Assembly (NCBI GenBank): GCA_964508365.1
Contig: CAZDTP010000004.1
Coordinates: 1,681 to 65,680, forward strand
Direction: 5' to 3'
From: an uncultured archaeon
Lineage (GTDB): Archaea; Asgardarchaeota; Lokiarchaeia; Sigyniarchaeales; SOKP01
Length of the DNA stretch: 64,000 bases
Within the stretch, counting starts at the first letter, position 1. Each line of letters begins with the position of its first letter. The translations under genes were made by a program, and so were the position numbers. The notes below the pieces were generated by a model. That model was not told the DNA's origin, searched no databases, and saw nothing but the letters and a program-made list of their open reading frames with translations. This document shows positions 39,380 through 48,103 of the stretch, one piece after another.

Positions 39380-40300
39380 ATGACAGAAGAAGAAAAAGAT
39401 GAGCAAAAAGTTGTTAAGGAAGATGATGACACGGATGAGGACTCAGAATTTATTATAGACTTTACAACAAGCTCAGCAATAAATAGAGTAAGTTTGAAAT
39501 TTTTAGTTGTGTATATCCCAATATTCTGGTTTAGCGGTTTAGTAGTAGCTACCCTATGGTATAATTATACTATTAGTCCAGTACCTTGGGTTATCAAATT
39601 ATTGTTTTTACCTGTTTTATTGATAGCATTTTCGTTTCTTTTCATATTTAGCTGCTGCTTCTTCAGTAAATTATTGCTTATATTTATTAACCTTATTCAT
39701 GTCCCCAAAGAAGGAATATTTCGCACTGAAAAAGGTGATACTGACTTTGAATTTTGGAGATTAAGAACCGAGATTAAGAAGATAACTTTATGGCTAATAA
39801 GAAATTGGCCTCTACCCTGGATTGATGTGATAGCTTTTCGTTGGTTTGGAATTAAGATGGATTTTTCAAGCCATTTAAATGATTCATGGTGCGATGCTGA
39901 ATTTATTTCTTTTGGCAAAAACGTGACGATCGGCCAAGGCGCGGCGATTATGAGTTCAATGGTGGTAGGTAATTACCTCATCATTAAAAAGATTAGATTT
40001 GATGACTATTCACTTGTAGGAGGTCAGAGTACTATCGCCCCGGGAACGCATTTTGGGGAAGATACGGTGCTCGGTGCGGTGTCTGTAACAACCTTAAATC
40101 AAGAATTAGAAGACGGCTGGATCTATTCGGGTATACCAGCTAGAAAATTAAAACCCAACCAATACGCTGAAATGCGAAGAGATATTATTCATAAAGTAGA
40201 TGTCGATGGGAGAGAAAAAGTCGAAACTGAGCACGAAGTTAATATTGATGACGATAAAAAACATCTAATTAAACAAGATGATGGAGGTGTTAACGAGTGA
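39380..40300 (+). CDS. 2-TM + left-handed beta-helix protein (paralogue B1)
   Basis: Two TM, PKEGIF, ISFGKNVTIGQGA, GEDTVLG, GWIYSGIPA. Confidence 0.8.
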   Translation: MTEEEKDEQKVVKEDDDTDEDSEFIIDFTTSSAINRVSLKFLVVYIPIFWFSGLVVATLWYNYTISPVPWVIKLLFLPVLLIAFSFLFIFSCCFFSKLLLIFINLIHVPKEGIFRTEKGDTDFEFWRLRTEIKKITLWLIRNWPLPWIDVIAFRWFGIKMDFSSHLNDSWCDAEFISFGKNVTIGQGAAIMSSMVVGNYLIIKKIRFDDYSLVGGQSTIAPGTHFGEDTVLGAVSVTTLNQELEDGWIYSGIPARKLKPNQYAEMRRDIIHKVDVDGREKVETEHEVNIDDDKKHLIKQDDGGVNE

Positions 40301-41193
40301 GTACACCAAACTCAATGCGAGTCGGTCCTTTCTGTGCTAGCGTGTTAGTTAAAAAAAAGTACTTGATAGCATACATTTTTTTAATTTGGATAAGTCTGCT
40401 TCCCGCGATATTGGAAATTTGGTGGTACTGGCAGATGTTATGGTACGAGCCGCGACCAATTCACTTTTACATATTTCTACCCCTTTATTTATTCGTTATC
40501 TATGTTACAACTGTTCTTGTCGCCATCTTTTTCGCAAAAATTATATTAGTGATCGTTAACATTTTCCATAAACCTAGAGAGGGGGTGTTCCTTAGAGATC
40601 CTTCTGATAGGGATTACCGTTATTGGAGTCTTAGAAACACGATAAAAAAATGGCCAACTTGGCTCGCACATAAATTTCCATTTCCCTTCTTAGATAACAT
40701 ATGTTTTAAAATGTTTGGCGTAAAAACTAAATTTTCTAACTCCCTTTTTGAAGGTTGGGTAGATACTGAGTTTATAGAGTTCGGTTCTAATGTTGTTGTT
40801 GGTCAAGGTGCGATTATTCAATCTTCAGTAATTATAGGAAACTTTTTAATTATCAGAAAAACAGTTATCGAAGAAAACGTACGAGTTGGGGCACATGTAA
40901 TAATTATGCCTGGAACCCACATAGGAAAAAACTGTATTTTAAATACTTGGTCTTCTACAATGGTTGGACAGGAATTAGAAGAAGGGTGGATATACAATGG
41001 TGGTCCAGCAAAAAAGTTTAAGAAAAATAGGTTTTTTGAAGATATTCCAATTGAAAAACTTACTGAAACTATCGGAGACATGGACGGATTACTAAAGAAA
41101 TACGATGATCAATATGTTAAGAGAAAAATGAAAAAAAGGAAATTTCTTACTCGAAAAGATAAAGAGGAAAATGCCACGGAAGAAAAGGAATGA
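40297..41193 (+). CDS. 2-TM + left-handed beta-helix protein (paralogue B2)
   Basis: Paralogue of B1 (PREGVF, IEFGSNVVVGQGA, GWIYNGGPA); GTG start overlaps the B1 stop. Confidence 0.8.
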   Translation: MSTPNSMRVGPFCASVLVKKKYLIAYIFLIWISLLPAILEIWWYWQMLWYEPRPIHFYIFLPLYLFVIYVTTVLVAIFFAKIILVIVNIFHKPREGVFLRDPSDRDYRYWSLRNTIKKWPTWLAHKFPFPFLDNICFKMFGVKTKFSNSLFEGWVDTEFIEFGSNVVVGQGAIIQSSVIIGNFLIIRKTVIEENVRVGAHVIIMPGTHIGKNCILNTWSSTMVGQELEEGWIYNGGPAKKFKKNRFFEDIPIEKLTETIGDMDGLLKKYDDQYVKRKMKKRKFLTRKDKEENATEEKE

Positions 41194-41984
41194 ACATGAA
41201 AATTGGATACGTACAAACTTCTCCAATTTTTGGGGACAAGGAGAAAAACTTTACACAAGTTAGGGACTTACTCGACAATGTTAAAGCGGATTTAATTGTA
41301 CTACCAGAGCTATTTGCTACAGGATACACTTTTGTATCAAAAAAAGAAGCAGAATCCTTAGCGGAACTTCCTGTTGGGAAAACTTCTGAATTTTTAATAG
41401 AACTTGCACATAAAACAAATGCAATTATTGTTGGAGGATTTATTGAAAAAGAAAATAGTCAGATATATAACTCTTCTCTAATTGTTTCGAGTAAGGGAGT
41501 TCTTGGCACTTATAGGAAACTCCATCTTTATTACAAAGAAAAACTATGGTTTTCACCTGGAAACCTGCCTTTAAAGGTTTATGAAATAAATAAAGTTAAA
41601 ATAGGAGTTATGATTTGTTTCGATTGGTTTTTTCCTGAGACGCCGCGCACTCTTGCTCTCCTAGGAGCAGATATTATAGCTCATCCCGCTAATTTAGTGC
41701 TTCCTTATTGCCAGAATGCTATGACAACCCATTGTTTAGTTAACCATGTATTTGCAATAACATCAAATAGAATAGGGCACGAAGCCAGAGGAACAGATAG
41801 TTTTACATTTACGGGAGGTAGTCAGATAACTTCGCAAAAGGGGAGTATAATATCTTCAGCGCCAACAGATCAAATTTTTGTAGATTTTACTGAAATCGAT
41901 GTAAATCAAGCTAGGGATAAGAGCATCAATATTTATAACAACCTTTTAAAAGATCGAAGACCAGAATTTTATCACATGAAATAA
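41190..41984 (+). CDS. Carbon-nitrogen hydrolase (nitrilase superfamily)
   Basis: Glu-Lys-Cys triad: LPELF, YRKLHL, ICFDW; ATGA overlap with B2. Confidence 0.92.
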   Translation: MNMKIGYVQTSPIFGDKEKNFTQVRDLLDNVKADLIVLPELFATGYTFVSKKEAESLAELPVGKTSEFLIELAHKTNAIIVGGFIEKENSQIYNSSLIVSSKGVLGTYRKLHLYYKEKLWFSPGNLPLKVYEINKVKIGVMICFDWFFPETPRTLALLGADIIAHPANLVLPYCQNAMTTHCLVNHVFAITSNRIGHEARGTDSFTFTGGSQITSQKGSIISSAPTDQIFVDFTEIDVNQARDKSINIYNNLLKDRRPEFYHMK

Positions 41985-41996
41985 ATTATTTTACTC

Positions 41997-43004
41997 ATGA
42001 AGGCAGCTATATTTGACGGGCGAGAGATTCAGATCAAGGAGATTCCTAAACCCGTCCTTAAAGATACTCAAGTTTTAATTCAAGTTAAAGCAGCAGGAAT
42101 TTGTGGAACAGATTTGGCCATAGCGAACGGTCATCTCCCTGTACCAATACCTCTAGTCTTAGGACACGAATTTTCGGGCATAGTTGTAGATATTGGTAAA
42201 AAAGTGAATCCCGACTGGTTGAAAAAACGAGTTACTTCTGAAATAAATAGCAATATTGATTTTAGTTGTTTTTTCTGTCAAAGGGATATTACATCCCAGT
42301 GCGAATCTCGGAAAGCATTGGGAATCGATATTAATGGAGCTTTTGCTGAGTTTATAGCTGTTGACTCTTATCTACTACACGAATTACCCGATAATATATC
42401 GTATAAAGAAGCTACATTTATCGAACCACTAGCGGCAGCATATCAAACTTTCGAAACAATGCCTTTAGGAAGCGATGATAAAACAATTGCAATTTTCGGA
42501 CTCGGAAAATTAGGATTATTACTCTGTCAAGTTGCTGTAATTAAAGGATTAGAGGTAATAGGAATGGATCACTCAGATAGAAAGCTTAATTTAGCTAAGA
42601 ATTTTGGGGTAAAGCATTTAATTAATAATAATGAAAATGAGAGTGTAGAAGGTAGGATAAAAAAAATAACAGGAAATCTTGGTGCCGATATCGTTGTTGA
42701 CACCACCGGTAATCCAAATGCTCTTAAAGAAATTGTTTCTTCCTGTAGAAGTAGAGGTAAAATCCATATTAAAAGTACTCATGGTTTAAAAACTCCAATT
42801 AATCTCACTGATATTGTAGTAAGAGAAATTACCATATATAGTAGTAGGTGTGGACCATTTCATAAAGCTATTGATGGACTAAGTTCGGGATTAATAAATG
42901 TTAAAGATCTAATTTCGAAAGAATTTAAATTAGAAAATATAGCTGATGCTTTTAATTCTTATAAAAAGAGTAGAGATCACATCAAGACCATCATTTTAAT
43001 TTAG
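41997..43004 (+). CDS. Zn-dependent medium-chain alcohol dehydrogenase
   Basis: GICGTD, GHEFSG, CFFC...C, GAFAEF, EPLAA, GLGKLG. Confidence 0.9.
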   Translation: MKAAIFDGREIQIKEIPKPVLKDTQVLIQVKAAGICGTDLAIANGHLPVPIPLVLGHEFSGIVVDIGKKVNPDWLKKRVTSEINSNIDFSCFFCQRDITSQCESRKALGIDINGAFAEFIAVDSYLLHELPDNISYKEATFIEPLAAAYQTFETMPLGSDDKTIAIFGLGKLGLLLCQVAVIKGLEVIGMDHSDRKLNLAKNFGVKHLINNNENESVEGRIKKITGNLGADIVVDTTGNPNALKEIVSSCRSRGKIHIKSTHGLKTPINLTDIVVREITIYSSRCGPFHKAIDGLSSGLINVKDLISKEFKLENIADAFNSYKKSRDHIKTIILI

Positions 43005-43389
43005 CGAATAAAATTTGGCTTTCTAAAAAGTTTTTAATCTCCTCACATGTTTTTAGAGCGATCTCTTTATCTGGATATAATAATTTGGGTTTCGGACATT
43101 CTTCATCAAATATACATTGTTTTTTGTCCGAATCATAAATTAGTGGGTAAAAACGGCACCCTTGTGGTCTCACTTCGTAAATTGTACACAATTTAGCAGC
43201 ACTATCAAAGAACACACAGTAACCTTTAACATTTTTCAATAGATTAAATCCTTCCACGGTTTTTCGTACAAAATTGGCTATTTTTAAATGTTTAGGGTTA
43301 TTATTTTTAATAAGATCAATATCATTAGTAGATAAGAGCATCTCTGTTTCAATACAGCATTTTCCACAATCCTTACAGATATTTTTCAT
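42991..43389 (-). CDS. YkgJ-family cysteine-cluster protein
   Basis: CKDCGKCC, CVFFD, CTIYEVRPQGCRFYP. Confidence 0.88.
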   Translation of the reverse strand: MKNICKDCGKCCIETEMLLSTNDIDLIKNNNPKHLKIANFVRKTVEGFNLLKNVKGYCVFFDSAAKLCTIYEVRPQGCRFYPLIYDSDKKQCIFDEECPKPKLLYPDKEIALKTCEEIKNFLESQILFAKLK

Positions 43390-43552
43390 AATTGTATAAA
43401 GCTCTTTATTGTTTTTATAAAAAGTAACAATTATTCGATACGATTTTCCATTAGAATCAAATTGAGAAAGTAAAAAAATAATTATTTTAAATTATAAATG
43501 TAATCTTTGTTCTTAATTATATTTCAATCGTCAAAAAAGTAACTATAAACAA

Positions 43553-43699
43553 ATGACTGAAGAACTCAAACCAGCTAAATCCAAGAAAGCTGAAGACTCT
43601 GAGGAAAAAGTTATTAAAGAACAAATGAAAGTGCAATATAGAACTTATATCTTTATTTTGCTATTATCTATTATGCTCTTGGATTGTCGTCCTTCTTGA
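43553..43699 (+). CDS. Possible 48-aa ORF or gene remnant (charged N-terminus + TM)
   Basis: Hand-translated MTEELKPAKSKKAEDSEEKVIKEQMKVQYRTYIFILLLSIMLLDCRPS. Confidence 0.35.
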   Translation: MTEELKPAKSKKAEDSEEKVIKEQMKVQYRTYIFILLLSIMLLDCRPS

Positions 43700-43706
43700 A
43701 TTAAAA

Positions 43707-44414
43707 TTATTTGAGTATAAAATATAATCTCCTATTATCTTTTCCTTTATTGACCGTTTTGGTCATCTCAATTTCTCCAATTTCTTTAAGACTCTTAACG
43801 TGGGTTCCACCGTCAACTTGTTTATCGATTTCTCCAATTTTTACTATGCGGAATTCTTGTAAATTTTTAGGTAAGCCAATTGCTAATCTTGCTAGCTCGG
43901 GTTCTTCTAAGACAGCTGCTCTAGACATCGTCTCAATAGTGATTGGAAGGTCTTGTTTAATTATTTCGTTTGATTCCTTGACATAGGTCCGCAACTTTTC
44001 TGGTGAATAATCCTCCATAGAAAAATCCATTCTTGCTTTATCCAATTCAATCTGGTTACCCGTGATTTTAGCGTTCGCTCTCCGGAATAGTAGATTTGAA
44101 ACGAGATGACAAGCAGTATGGTATCGCATATATGTATATCGCCTCTCCCAATCGATTTCGCACATAACTGCATCTCCTTCTTTTAGTCCGGGTATTTCTA
44201 CTTCGTGACTGATTTCTCCAGAAAATTTACCAACATAAACTACCTTGAATTTCTCACCATTTTTGATTATATAACCTTCGTCCCATGGTTGACCGCCTCC
44301 TTTAGGATAAAACGCAGTTTGATCTAGAGTAATATATTTACCATCCTTTACACCGACTACTTTAGCGTCCCATTTCTTCAAATATGAGTCGTTCATATAT
44401 AATGCATTCGTCAT
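43707..44414 (-). CDS. alaX: Alanyl-tRNA editing protein AlaX (AlaXM type)
   Basis: TAFYPKGGGQPWDEG, MRYHTACH (HxxxH), DGGTHV. Confidence 0.93.
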   Translation of the reverse strand: MTNALYMNDSYLKKWDAKVVGVKDGKYITLDQTAFYPKGGGQPWDEGYIIKNGEKFKVVYVGKFSGEISHEVEIPGLKEGDAVMCEIDWERRYTYMRYHTACHLVSNLLFRRANAKITGNQIELDKARMDFSMEDYSPEKLRTYVKESNEIIKQDLPITIETMSRAAVLEEPELARLAIGLPKNLQEFRIVKIGEIDKQVDGGTHVKSLKEIGEIEMTKTVNKGKDNRRLYFILK

Positions 44415-44480
44415 AGAAATAAGAAACGAATTGTTTTTTAAATTTTTAATGTAAATATTGTAATAATATAAGTGTATAAA

Positions 44481-45344
44481 TTAACTCCTAATTAACTTAA
44501 TTGATGTCAATATTATCCAAAGCATTATATTAATGGTTAATACCCATTCTATAAAGGGGTTGAATGAAGTTATAGTTAATAATAAGAGATCTAGGGCAGT
44601 AGCAAAACCTATTAATATATAATAAATTTTAAACTCTTTACTACGCATCATGAGATAAGTATAAAGACAAATTGTTGCGACAGAGCCTATAAACGCGTTA
44701 AAAGCAACTATGCTGTGAAAAATCATAAAAGTATCAAGGTAATCTGGATCGGGTAGAATACCTACTAATGCTACGCTTACTGAGCTAATAATTGCTACAC
44801 CCGTAGCAATCCTTCTTACAAATTCATTGATTCCTAACAGGGTTTTTTCCAAATATAAAATGAATGGAATTGTAAGACTACCGCTTGTTACAAATCCGAT
44901 GCTGAATAACGTTTTAGCTACGCCTTTACCTAAGGAGCTAACTGTGTTAATAAAAGGATTATAACCGGGAGTAAGAAGTGCTGCTAAAATTATGAAAGTA
45001 ATCGCAAAAGAAACTCCCGCTAACCCGAAAAAGCATTCTAACTTAGATAAATGAGCATCAACGATATGTTTCAATCTTTCACTTGATAACGATTCACTCA
45101 TGAGGTCTCTTATAATTGCGGTTTGCTTAGGATTAATCTTTAGCTTATTCGCAATACCCTTTACTCCTGAAACAGCTCTAGCAACAGTTTCTGCTCGAGT
45201 TTTGTGCCATAATGAAATAATTGATCCTTCTAAGATGACGATACCCCCCATAACCGTCGTTTTGATATTTGACAAGCCTAAAAATTTATCTTTGATAAAT
45301 TTCGATAATACTTTTTTCTTTATCTCTTCATCAGAATTTTGCAT
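44481..45344 (-). CDS. BON domain fused to DUF998-like membrane domain
   Basis: N-terminal DEEIKKKV..GIVILEG..AETVARAVSGVKGIANKL (BON); C-terminal PGYNPFINTVSSLG plus about 5 TM. Confidence 0.75.
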   Translation of the reverse strand: MQNSDEEIKKKVLSKFIKDKFLGLSNIKTTVMGGIVILEGSIISLWHKTRAETVARAVSGVKGIANKLKINPKQTAIIRDLMSESLSSERLKHIVDAHLSKLECFFGLAGVSFAITFIILAALLTPGYNPFINTVSSLGKGVAKTLFSIGFVTSGSLTIPFILYLEKTLLGINEFVRRIATGVAIISSVSVALVGILPDPDYLDTFMIFHSIVAFNAFIGSVATICLYTYLMMRSKEFKIYYILIGFATALDLLLLTITSFNPFIEWVLTINIMLWIILTSIKLIRS

Positions 45345-45544
45345 TGTAAGTTTCTCTTCTAAATTGAACCATCTAAGATTTGACCTATGCTTTTTTTCTT
45401 AAATAGTTATTGGCGAAATGTATTAATATGTGACAAAATAACAATGGATTTTGAATTTGGAGGAAAATTAAAAGATTATTAAATAGACATTAACTTTGTA
45501 CAATAGAGAATATAGTTCCAATATCAAAATTTAATTTTTCTAAT

Positions 45545-45697
45545 TTAGTCTTTCTCATAAAGTTCTCCGGGTGTTGCACCACAAAAAGCTTCAGCCTTCA
45601 TGAATTTCATTTCTTTGGAGCAATTAGGGCAAAAATACTTACCAGGTTCCTTATTTTCGAAAGAATTTCCACATTCTTTACAAACTACTGCTTTCAT
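45545..45697 (-). CDS. 50-aa zinc-ribbon protein (C-x2-C-x13-C-x2-C)
   Basis: Hand-translated MKAVVCKECGNSFENKEPGKYFCPNCSKEMKFMKAEAFCGATPGELYEKD; below the track's size cutoff. Confidence 0.7.
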   Translation of the reverse strand: MKAVVCKECGNSFENKEPGKYFCPNCSKEMKFMKAEAFCGATPGELYEKD

Positions 45698-45943
45698 ATT
45701 ATTCAAATTAGGATTGAAATTTTAAAATGTTCTGATTATGAAATAGAGATTAGATGTTTGTTTTTTAATTGAATGATAAGGTCTTTTCGCGTTGATTCAA
45801 ATATTATAGAAGTATATGATGAAAAAATAGAAATTTTATACCCTTAAACCTTTGGCTAAGGTTGTCAACAAACATCTAAATTTTTTTATGATTGTCTCAT
45901 TCCTAAAAGGGTAAATCACTTTGTTTTGAATTTGTACTCCTTA

Positions 45944-46063
45944 TCATTTAAATCGTAAAGTAAAAAATCGTGTGAATTTTTCACATACAGGACAATAATA
46001 GTAGCCTTCTTTCGAACCACTAGCTTTTGATCTACAATTAAGACAAACTATCATTTTAATCAT
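45944..46063 (-). CDS. 39-aa zinc-ribbon protein (C-x2-C-x13-C-x2-C)
   Basis: Hand-translated MIKMIVCLNCRSKASGSKEGYYYCPVCEKFTRFFTLRFK; same Cys spacing as the neighbour. Confidence 0.6.
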   Translation of the reverse strand: MIKMIVCLNCRSKASGSKEGYYYCPVCEKFTRFFTLRFK

Positions 46064-46235
46064 TTATTAAAGCACTCGATTCGTTTTAAAGCTTAAATTT
46101 ATAAAATATAGGTGGATAATAGGCTTTATTAATATTTAAAAAAGCAAGGAATTTAAGGTAAAACTATATATTTTAAATAATTTATAATAAATCTCAGATA
46201 TATCATATTATTTTAATACAGAATTATAATAACAA

Positions 46236-47279
46236 GTGTTATATATGGAAGCTGTGGAATACAAGGGCGAAAAATACGAAGTTAAAGAGGGATTTTTAGA
46301 CCTTGGTCTTCTTGAAATTGAAGATATATCTGATATCAAAGGATTAAATAAATTTGATATTAAACATTTAGAGCTGAATTCTAACGAAATTATCGAGATA
46401 AAAGGTTTAGAACAGCTTCAAAATTTAGAAATTCTTAATTGTGGAAGTAATAACTTATCCAAGATATCTGGGTTGGAAAATTTAAAAAATTTAAAAATTT
46501 TGCATTTAGCTTCTAACCAGATTACCGAAATTAACGGGCTTAATCAGTTATCTAATTTAAAAGAACTGTATCTAAGAGCTAATCCATTAACTCGCTTAAA
46601 AGGTTTAGATTCTCTAAGTTCGCTTCAGAAATTAGATTTATCCTGGAATATGATTGAAACGATTGAAGGACTCAATAATTTGGAGAATTTAGAAGTTTTG
46701 TGGTTAGCAGGAAATCAGCTCACAAAAATCCAAGGATTGGAAAAGTTGAAAAAATTAAAAGTTTTAAATTTAGCAGGAAACCAAATTTCTGAGATACAAG
46801 GACTTGATCAATTAAAAAATTTAAGTGAAATATATCTTAATGATAATAAAATACAAGAAATCAAAGGTTTAGATAATCTTACTGAATTAGACACGCTGTG
46901 GATAACAGCAAACCAAATTGAGAAGATCAACAACCTTGATAAATGTAAAAACCTACAAGTTCTTAACTTGAAAGATAACAATATATCTGAAATTAGTGGT
47001 TTATATTCGTTAACTAAATTAAATAAACTATTTTTATCTAGCAATATCATTTCTACTATTAAAGGTTTAGAAACCCTCCAAAATTTAGAGACTTTAGATT
47101 TAGGGAATAATCATATTAAGGTTATAAGAGGTTTAGAATCTTTAATGGTTTTGAAGGATTTATGGCTTCAGGAAAATAAGATTGACGAAGAATTGTTAGT
47201 GCAATTAGGTGGCTTGGATTCAGGCGGTTGTGCCATAGAACCGTTAAAATTTGTAGAATATTGCCTTGTTAACTTATAA
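46236..47279 (+). CDS. Leucine-rich repeat protein (SDS22-like 22-aa repeats)
   Basis: About 12 repeats of LxxLxLxxNxIxxIxGLxxL. Confidence 0.93.
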   Translation: MLYMEAVEYKGEKYEVKEGFLDLGLLEIEDISDIKGLNKFDIKHLELNSNEIIEIKGLEQLQNLEILNCGSNNLSKISGLENLKNLKILHLASNQITEINGLNQLSNLKELYLRANPLTRLKGLDSLSSLQKLDLSWNMIETIEGLNNLENLEVLWLAGNQLTKIQGLEKLKKLKVLNLAGNQISEIQGLDQLKNLSEIYLNDNKIQEIKGLDNLTELDTLWITANQIEKINNLDKCKNLQVLNLKDNNISEISGLYSLTKLNKLFLSSNIISTIKGLETLQNLETLDLGNNHIKVIRGLESLMVLKDLWLQENKIDEELLVQLGGLDSGGCAIEPLKFVEYCLVNL

Positions 47280-47307
47280 CCGAACTAATTTTAAAAAGAA
47301 TTCACCA

Positions 47308-48078
47308 TTATTCCAATATCCGATGAATATTATCTTTTATAATCTGATAACTTGTTGATTTATCGGGAATATCTATTATCGGTTTACCTTCCAAATCAAA
47401 TTCTGTTAAGATTTCATCCTCGGGAATCGAAGTTATCACAGTTAGATTGTACTCTTTAAGCTTATCTGTAATTTTAGCAATGTCTCCTTTAACTCTATTG
47501 ATAATTACGCCGATTTTTCTATAATTTGTAAATTTTTTGGCACTTTGACTTATTGAATTTGCCGTTTCTACGCTCCTAAGAGAAATATCTGTTACAATTA
47601 TTACATAATCAACGGATTTTATAACCATCCTATTAATTTGCTCGAGACCTGCTTCACAATCGATCAGCACGATCTCAAAATCTCTAGAAATTGATTCTAT
47701 GACTTTACGAAGCAATGCATTCGAAGGACAAAAGCAACCTGGACCTTCAGGTTGACCAATTGAAAACAAACTAAACGATTTACTTTCTTTTAGGGCATTA
47801 TAAACTTTAAAATCTATCTCCTCAGCTAAGGATTGGAAATCCTCTTTTTTACTAATTGTCTTATCGATCAAATTAGCTCTTATTTTCTCGAGGCTTATCT
47901 CAGGGACTAGTTTAACCATTTTACTCAGATGGGGATGGGTTGGATCTGCGTCTATTAGTAATATTTTATAATTATAGGATGTGGATATAGCTTTAGCAAT
48001 AAGTGTTGTCACAATTGTTTTCCCTACTCCTCCTTTTCCCGTAATAGCTACAATCAGTGGAATTTTTTTTAACTCCAT
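47308..48078 (-). CDS. cooC: CooC/AcsF-type Ni-insertion ATPase
   Basis: GKGGVGKT, IDADP, GPGCFCP (CxC), DCEAGLE. Confidence 0.88.
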   Translation of the reverse strand: MELKKIPLIVAITGKGGVGKTIVTTLIAKAISTSYNYKILLIDADPTHPHLSKMVKLVPEISLEKIRANLIDKTISKKEDFQSLAEEIDFKVYNALKESKSFSLFSIGQPEGPGCFCPSNALLRKVIESISRDFEIVLIDCEAGLEQINRMVIKSVDYVIIVTDISLRSVETANSISQSAKKFTNYRKIGVIINRVKGDIAKITDKLKEYNLTVITSIPEDEILTEFDLEGKPIIDIPDKSTSYQIIKDNIHRILE

Positions 48079-48103
48079 TCTTTGAATCCTTCCATTCGTA
48101 ATT

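Noticed and set aside
46236-47279. LRR protein as a novel system
   Set aside because: Stand-alone SDS22-like LRR proteins are common in this type of genome and it has no linked effector domain
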